From: Octopus bimaculoides
Lineage: Eukaryota
DNA length: 64,000 nt
Direction: 5' to 3'
Assembly: GCF_001194135.2 (NCBI RefSeq)
Contig: NC_068996.1
Location: 9,800,924-9,864,923 of the forward strand
Shown: positions 12,580-26,347 of the stretch, in pieces
How positions within the stretch are numbered: position 1 is the first letter of the stretch
Layout: each line of letters begins with the position of its first letter
Program-made: the position numbers and the translations under genes
The notes under the pieces: model-generated
What the model was told of the DNA's origin: nothing
What the model saw: the letters and a program-made list of their open reading frames with translations, nothing else
Databases searched by the model: none

Positions 12580-13280
12580 TCATCATCATTTAACATCTGT
12601 TTTCCATACTGGCTTGGGTTGAATGATTTGACATGGAGCTGGCCAGCTGAAGAGCTGTCCAGACTCCAGTTGTCTGTTGTGACATGGTTTCTGAGGATGC
12701 ATGCCCTTCCTAAAGCCAACCACTTCACAAAGTGTGATAGGTGCTTTTTACGTGCTTTTATGTAACACCAGCACAGGTGCATTTTATGTAGCACCAGTAC
12801 CTGTAACGGACAAGCTTGTGTCTATGAATGACAACGATTTTACTTAGCTTGGCACATCTTAAGTACAGCAAATTGCCATAACTCCTGGTCTCTTGTCATT
12901 TCCTCAACGAGGCCCAGCATCCGAAGATCCTATCCTTTCTCACTAAGTCATCCCATATCTTCCTGGGTCTACTCCTTCCACAGGTACCTTCTACAATTAG
13001 AGCTTGGCACGTTTTTATGTAGCTGTCCTCATCCATACACATCACACGACCAAATCAGCATGTCTTCTCTCTTACACACAACATCTGATGCCTCTTACAC
13101 CCAATTTTCCTCTTAAATCATTTACACTCTATTGTGCATGCACACTGACATTACCCTTCCAGTGGAGCATGCTAATTATATATTTATATATCTTCCAGAA
13201 CAAGATGCCTGTTTCTGTCCCTCTGTCATACTTTAACCTCTCATCACCTGGCATAAATCCACCTTCCTCAACACCAATCT
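12580..13280 (-). mobile_element. RTE-clade LINE 3' end including the (GAT)n-tailed UTR
   Basis: FGRVMCMDEDS..VEGTCGRSRPRKIWDD motif running into the same tail as the (GAT)n repeat family. Confidence 0.7.
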
Positions 13281-13693
13281 CCTCTCAGATAAGGGATCTT
13301 TGTTTTGCAAGTTATGTGGTGACCTTACCAGTGCTGGTGCCACATGAAAAAAAAGTACCAATTGCATACTATAAAGTGGTTGGTGTCAGGAAGGCATCCA
13401 GCCATAGAAACCATGCTAAAGCAGGCAGTCTTCTGGCTTAAGAGCTCCTGTCAAACCAACCAACTCAATGCCAGCATGGAAGATGGACATCAAATGATGA
13501 TGATGGTATTTGTATGCGTACATCATCATCACCATTTAACGTCCACCTTCCATGCTGGCAGGAGCCGGCCAAGCAGAAACCTGCACCAGACTTCTGTGTC
13601 TGTTTTGGCAGGGTTTTTGTGGGTTGATGCCCATCCTAACACCAACCCACCACAGTACATATATACATACACACACATACACATATAAATATA

Positions 13694-13805
<112 letters not shown>

Positions 13806-13905
13806 TACACACATACATTTATATGTGTATATTCTAATATACAGGTGTGTATCTAAATCAACAGAAATTATATATTTCAATATATATATATATATCATCA
13901 TCATG

Positions 13906-13947
<42 letters not shown>

Positions 13948-13965
13948 ATATATATAAATACTCAC

Positions 13966-14037
13966 CATGCAGGATTTCACTGATATTAATTTCTCCAATG
14001 GAGTTTTCAAACTATCCAGCATCTGAAGGATGTTACA
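13966..14037 (-). CDS. VPS9-domain protein exon 12 (VPS9 start): [24 protein letters not shown]
   Basis: VPS9 TP.EKL motif; tttatag acceptor, gtgagt donor, phase 0 to 0. Confidence 0.9.
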
Positions 14038-15695
14038 CTATAAACAGAAAATATCATGTGGCTTTAACAAGTTTTATAAATTATACTGTTATGCTGCATT
14101 AATCGCTGCTGTTGTTGTTGGCAATAGTAATGATAGTGGTGATGGTGGTGAATATAATGAGGATGATGATGATGATAATAACAACAACAATAATAATTGT
14201 AGTAATGTTGAGTAAGCTCTGGTTTGTCCTGCTTTCAAATCCAAAAATAACTCCAGGTTATTTCTGATTATGCAGACCTAGGTTCAACAGTAGGTATTTC
14301 AGCAGTGACCATTCAGTGATTTTGTATATTTAGGAGAGCATTGTTCAATGTGTCCTTCTCTTTTTAAAACAATAAGATGCAATTTGAGAGAGAGAGAGAG
14401 AGAAAGTGGTTTATCTGCTACTCCTGGCACAGCAAAAATGGTTCCCTATTTGGCTAGCTTAGGTAAATCTATTTCATGGAGATGTGTAATAATCAAGATG
14501 AGAGCAAACCAAATTTACTAACTTCTTTAACCTTTTAGCATTCAAATTATTCTGTCAAATGCTTTCAATTAATAATGTATTATCTCGTAGTTTTGAGATT
14601 TTGATGATGTCATCATCATCATCATCATCGTTTAACGTGCTCTTAGTGCTCCACTGGTACAGGTGCTACCATTGGTACAGGTGCATAAGAAATGCTAAAG
14701 GGTTAACTAATTATTTATATTGAAGCAGATCACCACCAACTCCTTCATTTGATCTATTTATTTTATTTTAAATGCCTTTATTTATGCAAACATGATATGT
14801 GGTTAAAAAGTTGCACTTCACAACCACATGGTGTTGGATTTGATCCCACTGAGTGGAACCTTGGGCAAGTGTCATCTTTAGTTTTGAGTTAAGTAATGAC
14901 TTGTGAATGACATTAGGTAGATTTAGTACACAGAAACTGCATGAAAGCCCATTGTGTAAATGTACACATGTATGTGTGTGTATGTATGTGAGTGTGTGCA
15001 TACATGCATATGTATGCTAGTGTATGTTTTGCATTTACATTACTTGGGCATTGGTAACATTTTTTAAAAAATCTTATATAAACAATATGTCCCACAGTAC
15101 CAACAGTTTAATATGCCAAACCACTGAAGAATAAAGTACATTATTTCAAAACAACTAAGCGTTGGTATCAAAATACTGCCTTGAGAAGCCTTGCCCAAAC
15201 CATACCAGCACAGAAAAAGCAGGCATTAAAAGAATGATTATGATGATGATAATTCAGTTTTGTTCAAGATGAAATCACATGCTTTGCTGCGTAATGTTTC
15301 AATTGCATGAGGGTAGAGTATCGAAATAAAGGGTGCATAGCAATATATGGAGGATATTATGCGGTGTGCAGTATGTGACAGCCTGAGTAAATGATGAGAG
15401 AGGATGAATGCATATTACATAGAACATAGTGAAGCTGCTGGACAATGTGGTGTTTTGCTTAGCAATGCAAGCCATGTGTGACATGCAGTGTGGAAGTCAC
15501 AGTAAAAAGTGTGTAAGTTTAGATAAACTGTGCATGGTGAAGATGGTATGCATTTGCAATTTTTAATTGCTTATTTTATGCATATTTTCTTTTAAAAAAC
15601 AGTTTTATTTTTTTCTGAGACAGTCATCATGTGAACAAATTCTGTCCATATCCTGAAGTATAACATGATAATGTGGTCAAATTACATGTGGTAGT

Positions 15696-16083
15696 GGAGG
15701 CACAATGGCCCAGTGGTTAGGGCAGCGAACTCGTAGTCATAGGATCACGGTTTCGATTCCCAGACCAAGCGTTGTGAGTGTTTATTGAGCGAAAACACCT
15801 AAAAGCTCCACGAGGCTCCAGCAGGGGATGGTGGTGAACCCTGCTGTACTCTTTCACCACAACTTTCTCTCACTCTTACTTCTTGTTTCTGTTGTGCCTG
15901 TAATTCAAAGAGTCAGCCTTGTCACACTGTGTCACGCTGAATATCCCCGAGAACTACGTTAAGGGTACACGTGTCTGTGGAGTGCTCAGCCACTTGCATG
16001 TTAATTTCACGAGCTGGCTGTTCCGTTGATCGGATCAACTGGAACCCTCGTCGTCGTAAGCGACGGAGTGCCAACAACAACAA
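15696..16083 (+). mobile_element. tRNA-derived SINE family C with (AAC)n tail
   Basis: GGAGGCACAATGGCCCAGTGGTTAGGGC head. Confidence 0.85.
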
Positions 16084-16506
16084 TTACATGTGGTGTGCAA
16101 TGTCAAAGTGTGGTTATACTTTATACTGTGCAGCAATCTCTGTTGTAAGTGTGTGTTTATGTTTAAGAGAGAGATAGAGAGAGAAAGAGTATTTGTTTTT
16201 GTGATTTTAAAATATTCATCTTCTTATTATGTCATCTGTGTTTATGTAAATAAAATTGACAATTTTACATGTGATGTGAAAGATTTTGGTTGGTGTGTGC
16301 AGCAAGGTGACATGATTTGTAACAAGTAGTGGTGAATTTATTTGGTATGTAACGAAATGTGTTCTGATAAAGTCAGGATATTTGTTGAACATTTGATCAG
16401 AAGTCTGATCAACGACAGACTAAACAACAATTGCACCCCACCTTCCAGGACCTACTCTAAATACTTTCCTTAATCCTTTCCTTTTCAAATGGCTCCTCTT
16501 TAGAAT

Positions 16507-16538
<32 letters not shown>

Positions 16539-16580
16539 TACAACAACAGAAATAGATAAAATAGATGCAAAGATACTTAC

Positions 16581-16740
16581 AGCTTCAGGTAAATCACAGT
16601 CAAACTGCTGATTAATACCTATTTGTAAGTTATTACCAGCACTCAACTCAATGCAGCGTGTCAACAAGGCTTGGTCAGCTTCGACATGATGTTGCCGAAT
16701 AACAGGGAATACAGTATCGTAGACATTCTCCAATATATAA
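16581..16740 (-). CDS. VPS9-domain protein exon 11 (helical bundle): YILENVYDTVFPVIRQHHVEADQALLTRCIELSAGNNLQIGINQQFDCDLPEA
   Basis: similar to the ANKRD27 helical-bundle segment (YVHHEIYNLIF...IGVKPEFSFNIPRA, from memory); gtaagt donor; phase 2 to 0. Confidence 0.9.
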
Positions 16741-17699
16741 CTGTTGTTTTTGTCATTGTAGATATCATAGATCAAACGGGAAAGAAAAAATTTCATTTAG
16801 TACATAACCACAAACACTATATATATATATATGTATACATATAGTTGAAAAATTTTGTTATAGGTATATATATGCCATAAACAAGTATTAAAAAAAAATG
16901 GAGGAAAACGATGTTGAAACAAAATTAGATTTAATATAAAATTTTCTATTAAATCTAATTTTGATTCAACATCATTTTTCTCCATTTTTTTAATACTTGT
17001 TTATGGTTTCTTTATACTATAACAAATTTTTTCAATTGTTATTTTCATATTCTTAATACTTGTTCTGGCTGATTTTTATGAATATTATGAATCTTTATTA
17101 GAAACCATTTTTTCTCTCTTTTTGGATCTCTCAAAAAGTTTGAATTGTTCTCTTTTGAACTTATTTTTTCTCACATATGTATGTATACATATATATATAC
17201 ATTTACATAAAGCAATAAAGTTAGGTGTCTGAGATGAATATAGATTTGTTTTTCTATACAATTACAGCTGTTTTATAATTTTTTCATATACTTTTTTTTT
17301 ATATTTATGTATGCAAATTATCCATACTTGTTTACATTAACATGCATGTTCTGCATTATACAATAGAATTGTGCATTCACAAATTAATGTAAATACTGAA
17401 AACTAAATCATCAGATCACTGAAACATCATATGTGTAATACAATCATTTTATTCATTTACTTGTTCCAGTCACTAGACTATAGCCATGTTGGGGAAACAT
17501 TGGTGGATGGATGGTAAGTAGGTAGATGTGTGTGTATGTAAAAAGGATTTTAGGAATTTTAAGAATACCTATTTTAAGAATAAAAATCACAATGGTAAAC
17601 AATCATTTTATTCTTTTACTTGCTCCAGTCACTAGACTATAGCCATGTTTTTTTTTCTCTGTAGTTTCAGCTCAGAGCTGCGGCCATGCTGATGCACCA

Positions 17700-17945
17700 C
17701 CATTTTGCTACACTTTTATTACTGAGAGCCTCCTCCAATATGTGGCACTTGGTGAAAAATGGAGTTTGATGTAGCTACCCTCATTTGCACCTCTTGCCGT
17801 GAGGTAGGTTCATCTGGGACTCTTGACAGGAAGAGGTCCAGCTTAGATTTAAAAACCCCTACATCTACTTTGTGTAGGTTCCTCAGGCTCTTTGGGAGAA
17901 TATTAAAAAGCTGTGGGTCCCTGAAACCCAAACTGTTGCAGTAAA
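17700..17945 (-). mobile_element. CR1/Jockey-group LINE 3' end
   Basis: QLFNILPKSLRNL..FKSKLDLFLSRVPDEP. Confidence 0.75.
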
Positions 17946-18249
17946 TGGTCCCATGTTAGGGAAACATTGGTGAATGGATGATGAGTAGGTAGATGTGTGT
18001 TTATGTAAAAAGGATTTTAAGAATAAAAATCACAATGGTAAACAAAACTTTTGCATAGATTGCTTAATGCCACAGAAATATAACCCTAAATACTTTAGAC
18101 AAAGCTAAAATGAAAAATGGCACAAAAATTTGATAATATTTATGGGTTCCTATCTTCTTAATTTTAAGATATGAATGTAAAAATATAAAAGAAACTAGTG
18201 AAGAGCAAACTTAAGCATCACACTATATTAAACTTATTTATTTCTTATC

Positions 18250-18528
18250 GTTGCCAGTGCCCCTGGACTGACTCCTGTGCAGGTGGCACGTAAAATACAC
18301 CATATTAAGTGTGGCCGTTGCCAGTACCTCCTGACTGGTCCTCATGCCAGTGGGACCTAAAAAGCACCTACTACACTCTCAGAGTGGTTGGTGTTAGGAA
18401 GGGCATCCAGCTGTAGAAACTCTGCCAAATCAGATTGGAGCCTGGTGTAGCCATCTGGTTGACCAGTCCTCAGTCAAATTGTCCAACCCAAGGCTAGCAT
18501 GGAAAGCGGACGTTAAATGATGATGATG
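18250..18528 (+). mobile_element. repeat family E
   Basis: sequence identity to 6730. Confidence 0.75.
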
Positions 18529-18842
18529 ACTGCCTCTTGAAAAACTTCAGCATCAGTTCTGATATAACAGAAGCATCTTGATGCTGAAAGATCTAATTCA
18601 CATAAGAAAAGTTGTTATATATCTGAGGTAAATCAAGATCAGACATGCCAAGTAGAAGTAACAGTTACAAGAGTCCAGAGACATCAACGATCACCTGGGT
18701 GCAATACGCAGCCATATATTTTGAGCTGATATTGGACTTCTTACGTGTCACCAACATGGGTGCCAGTCAGGCGGCACTGGCATCTGTCATGCTAAAAAAT
18801 AACACATATTGGTAGAGTGTATTGGATTAAAGATTTTTTTAC

Positions 18843-18919
18843 CTTTCAATAGAAGAGTTCAGAACTGAGAGAAACCGGATATCATTCTGAATTAACCGTG
18901 GTGCACAAGCACAACATTT
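18843..18919 (-). CDS. VPS9-domain protein exon 10: KCCACAPRLIQNDIRFLSVLNSSIE(S)
   Basis: ttattttccag acceptor, gtaaaa donor, phase 0 to 2; completes the expected 'IES-Y' helical-bundle motif with exon 11. Confidence 0.8.
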
Positions 18920-20583
18920 CTGGAAAATAATATTAGAGAATAGTATTTATTGTGTCCTAAAATAATGTCTATAAACTAATATGGATGTATTCAGCAAAGA
19001 ACAAATGAATGCATGCATACAAGCACAGACACATGTGCATCTACACTGAATTTTCTGGCATACAGATCAAATTTTTCAGACCCAAAATTCCATATGAAAT
19101 GCAGCAAGGTTTGGAAAGAGTGACAATGTGTGAAAGTTTACACTATATACTATATCTACTTGATGCCAGAAAATATGGCAAACACATACACACACATTCA
19201 TGCATTATATATATATATATATATATATTCTTTTATTCTTTTACTTGTTGCAGTCATCTGATAGTGGCCATGCTGTACCACCACCTTTAGTTGAACAAAT
19301 CGACCCCAGGACTTATTCTTTGTAAGCCTAGTATTTATTCTATCAGTCTCTTTTGCTGAACTGCTAAGTTACAGGGATATAATCACACCAACATCAATGT
19401 CAAGCAATGGTGGTGGTGCTGGTGGTGGTGGTGGTGGTAGTGGGACAAACACAGACATGCAAATACANNNNNNNNNNNNNNNNNNNNNNNNNNNNNNNNN
19501 NNNNNNNNNNNNNNNNNNNNNNNNNNNNNNNNNNNNNNNNNNNNNNNNNNNNNNNNNNNNNNNNNNNNNNNNNNNNNNNNNNNNNNNNNNNNNNNNNNNN
19601 NNNNNNNNNNNNNNNNNNNNNNNNNNNNNNNNNNNNNNNNNNNNNNNNNNNNNNNNNNNNNNNNNNNNNNNNNNNNNNNNNNNNNNNNNNNNNNNNNNNN
19701 NNNNNNNNNNNNNNNNNNNNNNNNNNNNNNNNNNNNNNNNNNNNNNNNNNNNNNNNNNNNNNNNNNNNNNNNNNNNNNNNNNNNNNNNNNNNNNNNNNNN
19801 NNNNNNNNNNNNNNNNNNNNNNNNNNNNNNNNNNNNNNNNNNNNNNNNNNNNNNNNNNNNNNNNNNNNNNNNNNNNNNNNNNNNNNNNNNNNNNNNNNNN
19901 NNNNNNNNNNNNNNNNNNNNNNNNNNNNNNNNNNNNNNNNNNNNNNNNNNNNNNNNNNNNNNNNNNNNNNNNNNNNNNNNNNNNNNNNNNNNNNNNNNNN
20001 NNNNNNNNNNNNNNNNNNNNNNNNNNNNNNNNNNNNNNNNNNNNNNNNNNNNNNNNNNNNNNNNNNNNNNNNNNNNNNNNNNNNNNNNNNNNNNNNNNNN
20101 NNNNNNNNNNNNNNNNNNNNNNNNNNNNNNNNNNNNNNNNNNNNNNNNNNNNNNNNNNNNNNNNNNNNNNNNNNNNNNNNNNNNNNNNNNNNNNNNNNNN
20201 NNNNNNNNNNNNNNNNNNNNNNNNNNNNNNNNNNNNNNNNNNNNNNTATATATACATACACACACACATACATATTATACGACGAGCTTCTTTCAGTTTC
20301 TGTCTACCAAATCCACTCTCCAGGCTTTGGGTGGCCCAAAGCTACAACAGAAGACATTTGTCCAAGGTGCCATGCAGTGGGACTGAACCTGGAACGATAT
20401 CGTTGGGAAGTAAGCTTCTTACCACACAGCCACTCCTGCGCCTAGTGCTTAAAATTTTTTTTACAGATTTTGACATGAATACAATAGAAATAAGTATTAA
20501 TCTTTGCCCTTCTTTTAATTTCTTGAATAATTATGTGAAATTCACCATGTTGGTGACTAATTAAGACAAACTTTCTGATTTTG

Positions 20584-20617
<34 letters not shown>

Positions 20618-22795
20618 CACAAGTAAGACAAATAAAAAAAATCAATTATAGACATGACAAGAAGGATGAATGAAGGTTAAAAGATTAAATACAAGTGGAT
20701 AAATGAATTCTGGGAATATAAAAAGAAAACAATATATGCAGGGAGAAATATTAATAGAAGCAAAATGAGGTGGAAAAATTAAACATAAATATGAGAGATT
20801 ATCATATTTATTACTAATGTGATAATATTATATAATAAGACAATCACATTATTGAGATAATATATTTCCTTCTTAAACAGGAAATGGAGATATTTTTCTA
20901 ACATCACTTCTTAAAGTGAAGACAATTTTGATTAGTGTAAAGAAACTGAAGTACTAATCTAAAGATTCTGATAGTATAACTACCTATTCTGTTTCAAAAA
21001 ATGGAATTAAAAGTTCAGAAAATTAAAAGACTGAGCCACTGTTTATACAATTTCATACATTCTTGAAGAACAACTGGTGTATCACCTACTTTCCTTGCAA
21101 AGTTGTATTAGATGATGGAAGGAACACACATAACAATTCTACTTCTTTTGGCAATGTATTGCATAATGGTATGAGCTTTGTAACCCACAATGTTCCTATC
21201 CTGAAATAAGTCTAAATAATGTAATTGTAAGAAGAAATGTTAATGTCCATTAGGAAAAAAATTCCTATCCAAAAACATTGTATATAATGTAGTGTTATAA
21301 CTAATCCACATACTTTCACTTACATAGGTTTCACCTATTCCATTGTTAAATTCAAATTACACAATCATCTTGATACATTTAGAAGGAGAAATGAAGTAAA
21401 AACATCACCCCCTGCATAGGTTTAGGAGTTAAAGGAGAAAAATGTTGATTTTGATCTAATGTGGAGCATCGCAGTTTGGAATTGATGGAAATCTTAAAAT
21501 GCATGGGTAATATTATTAATAGATTGGATGAATTTATGATCAAATACTTGCATTCTGTCCATAAAACTTATACTTTAAACCAATTCCATAAAGTCCTCCC
21601 TGAGTACTAGATATATACCTATAACCCTACAATATAGAACTTGATTACTAGTAATAAGATTCATGGATTATATTTAGGTAGCCTAGCACATCTCAATACT
21701 ATTAAGATATATAACTGATCATATTTAATCAACTTTGCCTACACTTGGTTCTGATTATAGATACTGATGACAGTAATTTTATATAATTTTATTTAATAAC
21801 TTTATTCAATTTGTTTTGAACTAAAGGTGATATCTTTACAATATATGCTTCTTCATACCTAATTATGACCTTTATAATTCTTGAGAATTCGTTACAATCC
21901 TATAATTTTTTAAAAATATTTATTAATATTTTAGACCTTTATAATTCTTATAAATTCTTTTAACATTTTTGATACTCCCCATCATTTAAAATTATCATAG
22001 TTGTCAAATAGCCTGTCTAATGAATCGATGTGATTTTAATTAATTTGCTTTATTCTGAATAATATTGTGAAAATATTATTGATAGAAACACTGGGATTTG
22101 TAGGATTGTTTTTGGTTTTCAATTTTTTTATTGGGAATTTTGGTTCAGATTTTCCTTCTCTATTATTTCAATTTGCAACTTCATTACAGCTATATACCTG
22201 ATCTTTCTAAATTTTGATATTTAACTAACATAAATTTAATCTTTATGTTGACACTAAGATTTTTCCTTCCAGTTATGCACACATCCGCAAGTATGGACCA
22301 AAGTCACTCAAGGTATACATAAAATCATGCAAGAATATACTCCAGCATGCAGTCCACTGTCCATTGTTCAAAATCTAATGCAGGGAAGGTTCTGAGTGTG
22401 GTGAAGTATAAATAATAACACAAATGGGCTGAAGTTTACTACAGCTGTTTCAGGGATGTTTTTTATTGATGAACAAATCAATTACAACATGTCAAAAATT
22501 CGTTTTCTTCAGATGAATTAAAATTAAAATAAAATTTTAATTTAGGATAACATTTAGAATTTTTCACACGAAGAGTTATATGCATCAAATAGCATTCCCC
22601 ACTTTACTCTCTCAAACCAGCATTGAAATGAGAGAGTCAATATGCATTCTATATGCTACTTGTCAAAAAACCCAAAATGTTAAATTTGATTTTAATTTTA
22701 ATTCACCTGAAGAAAACGGATTTTTTCTACATGATGTAATTGATTGTTCATCATTAAAAACACACATAAATATATATATGTATATATATATAGAT

Positions 22796-22872
<77 letters not shown>

Positions 22873-23399
22873 TATACATACATATATATATATATGTGTA
22901 GCTGTAATAATGAAGTTATACCAAATATCACCATTTGGTTTCGTTTCATTATTACAAACTAAATGCACTTGACTCTACTTATGCAGATACTCTAACAACA
23001 ATTTGAGTAGTTTATTTTATATTTGACTCAAGTTGAAAATTCTACTTCCAAGTGTAACATGAAATATATACACACACACACACATATATATATATATGAG
23101 AAAATTTGTTTTGAAAATGCACCTGAATTTGAAAAACTTGCAATTGTTTTTAAATGAATTGATTTACATACATACCAAACTAGTTTCAACAATTTTTTGT
23201 TTATCAATAGTTATAAACATATGGAATAAAAAAAAAATTTTTATTGTAAAGTAGAAAATATGTTTAAATAATATTAAAAATGATTGGTAAAGAATATTAA
23301 AAAATGTGGGTCACCAAAAGCTCGGTCATATTGAATTAAGAGTGAGAAAAAATAAGAAAAGAAGAGAGTAAACAACAGGGTCTTTTGCCTGTAACAGAG

Positions 23400-24915
23400 T
23401 GTTTTGGAATCAGTGTACTTATAAGTTTTTTTCTGTAAAAGGATCTAATTTTTGATTTGTTATAATTTTGATGATGTATTATTCTTTCTGGTGGTCAAGT
23501 TTGGCATTCTGCCTGGTTGACTTCTATGTAGGGAATGGTCATCAACTGTTCCGGTTGGTTGATTCTCGTAAAGGGTTAGTTTGTTTATTTTCTGAGGGTC
23601 CAGTTCTGATCAGAGATAAAATTTCATTGGTCTAGAGGTAGGTGACGTCAGCAACTGGTGTTTGTATGGTGTTATTGTATGGTGATTTGGAGTTGTGATT
23701 TTGAAACTCGAAAGGAGGACGAATACTAAAGTTTTTGAAATGTGTCTGTTGTAACTGGTTTCTTCTTCTTCTTTCTAAAGGATATTTAGCTGTGGCTTAT
23801 GTATTTTAATGAGTATGCTTTCATATTCAATCGGAATTGGGTTGAAGTGTTTCCAGTGCATTGATAGAAAAGGAAGATTTGGTATTTCGGGTTTATATTT
23901 GTGGAGCTTTGGTATTTTGGGTTTATATAGTGTTGGCTAACAAGAAATTTCCTGGTCATGGGGTCCCGGATTTGTTGCCTGTGTAATGTCAGTCTGATCC
24001 TCAAGGTCAAACTAGTCTGACCTATGTAGCCTCCATCAGACCCACCACATTTGAGGACATAAATTAAGTTCTTTAATGCACAAGTGATGTGATTCTTTTT
24101 ATGGTTTGACCTGACTGAAATTTATATATTGAACCCTCCAAAAGGTAGACACAAATCAGACAGTTAGGGCAGTTGCATATTTTGACTATTGGGATTGCAT
24201 TTTTGGTGGATAATTTGGCACTGATGAGTAACCTTTTTAGGGATTGCAATCATCTCTTGCTTTTAATAATCCTATATGTTTCCAGTGCTTTTTTTACTCG
24301 CAGGTCATTCATAAGGTGGGGTATGTATCAGTGGATGATGTATGCTTCTATGTTCTTTGAATTGTATGTTGATACATAAGATAAAGTTTTAAGTGTGTCA
24401 TGGGGTTTTCTTGTTTGCTGTAACCCTTGTCTGTCTATCATTTTTGCACGTTCTATCCTGTTTTTAATTAAACTAGCCGGGTATTTTCTTACTAGTAATG
24501 TGTTTTTAAGTTCTTGGAGTCATTTATCTCAGGTTTCAGGATTTGATACAATCATGCAAATTCTTCTTGCTCAGTTGAATGGTATATTAATTTTAGTATG
24601 TTTTGAGTGGTAGGAAAAGAATGGAAGATGTTATTTTTAGTCCACTGGTTTTAAGAAGATGTCAGTTTCAATTTCAGTATCTCTTTTTATGATTAAGATG
24701 TCCAGGAAGGGTTGCTATTTGTGGCTGTATTCCATTGTAAACTGGAAATTGTGATTAATGTGGTTGATTATGCAACCACAGAATGAAACAATCATCCATG
24801 TAGCACTTCCAGTTGGTAAGTGTTTTTGGAAGTTGTCTCCAAATTTTAGTCTAGCATGCTCATAATTTGGGGTTCCAAGTATACTATGACAAGGTTAGCA
24901 AAAGTAGGAGCTATT
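23400..24915 (-). mobile_element. decayed Penelope-like element (RT + GIY-YIG endonuclease)
   Basis: APTFANL and WKCYMDDCFI RT motifs, FTMEYS..FLD, YIGQTSLTLRIRLTLHRQQI; many stops and frameshifts. Confidence 0.85.
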
Positions 24916-25822
24916 CTGTATGTGTGTCTGTATGTTTATATATATATATATATATATCTATATCTATATATATATATNNNNNNNNNNNNNNNNNNNNNNN
25001 NNNNNNNNNNNNNNNNNNNNNNNNNNNNNNNNNNNNNNNNNNNNNNNNNNNNNNNNNNNNNNNNNNNNNNNNNNNNNNNNNNNNNNNNNNNNNNNNNNNN
25101 NNNNNNNNNNNNNNNNNNNNNNNNNNNNNNNNNNNNNNNNNNNNNNNNNNNNNNNNNNNNNNNNNNNNNNNNNNNNNNNNNNNNNNNNNNNNNNNNNNNN
25201 NNNNNNNNNNNNNNNNNNNNNNNNNNNNNNNNNNNNNNNNNNNNNNNNNNNNNNNNNNNNNNNNNNNNNNNNNNNNNNNNNNNNNNNNNNNNNNNNNNNN
25301 NNNNNNNNNNNNNNNNNNNNNNNNNNNNNNNNNNNNNNNNNNNNNNNNNNNNNNNNNNNNNNNNNNNNNNNNNNNNNNNNNNNNNNNNNNNNNNNNNNNN
25401 NNNNNNNNNNNNNNNNNNNNNNNNNNNNNNNNNNNNNNNNNNNNNNNNNNNNNNNNNNNNNNNNNNNNNNNNNNNNNNNNNNNNNNNNNNNNNNNNNNNN
25501 NNNNNNNNNNNNNNNNNNNNNNNNNNNNNNNNNNNNNNNNNNNNNNNNNNNNNNNNNNNNNNNNNNNNNNNNNNNNNNNNNNNNNNNNNNNNNNNNNNNN
25601 NNNNNNNNNNNNNNNNNNNNNNNNNNNNNNNNNNNNNNNNNNNNNNNNNNNNNNNNNNNNNNNNNNNNNNNNNNNNNNNNNNNNNNNNNNNNNNNNNNNN
25701 NNNNNNNNNNNNNNNNNNNNNNNNNNNNNNNNNNNNNNNNNNNNNNNNNNNNNNNNNNNNNNNNNNNNNNNNNNNNNNNNNNNNNNNNNNNNNNNNNNNN
25801 NNNNNNNNNNNNNNNNNNNNNN

Positions 25823-25866
<44 letters not shown>

Positions 25867-26347
25867 GCAATAAGAAAATGGAGGGGGAAATGTAGTACTC
25901 ATCAACTTGCAGACACTGTACTATGATAATTTACCTGTTTATTTTTCAACCAAGAGTACAATAAAGCAGTATATTGGATAGATGTTATCCCTTAATGGGT
26001 TGGATTCACAACCCCTAACTCTCTTGGATTATATATACACATATATTTATGCAATCATGCAGTTATGTGTGCACAATAAATCCAAAGAATACAAGTAAAA
26101 CAATGAAAGGAGTTGAAGGCTGGAGAATAAAATGGGGGTAAGAAAATTATTGGTTAGAATGAGAGAGTAGCATTTGGGTAATGGCCAAGAATATAGGATA
26201 AAAACATTAGGAATTGGAAAGAAAACTGAAAGGTACCTGAGGTCTGATGTATTCAGTGTAGTAGTCATATATGTCCTAAAGGTATGTGTAATTAAGCAAA
26301 GATTATAATTATACACACACACTCATATATATATATATATACACACA

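Noticed and set aside
15696-15775. tRNA genes at SINE heads (also 11977, 8232, 59965)
   Set aside because: A and B boxes run into repeated non-tRNA bodies with no complete acceptor stem; these are SINEs.
18546-18588. Short imperfect hairpin TTCAGCATCA...TGATGCTGAA
   Set aside because: 10-bp outer stem with a bulge; plausible by chance in 64 kb.
19369-20564. Long ORFs of 289-385 aa (also near 24.9-25.9, 29.7-30.1, 33.9-34.4 and 43.2-44.0 kb)
   Set aside because: Artefacts of N gaps plus (AT)n/(GT)n microsatellites; no coding information.
21010-21200. Minus-strand acceptor followed by a 60-codon open frame (IGTLWVTKLIPLC...)
   Set aside because: The open frame is phase 2 and incompatible with exon 9 (phase 0); no recognisable homology. 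At most a poison or cryptic exon.
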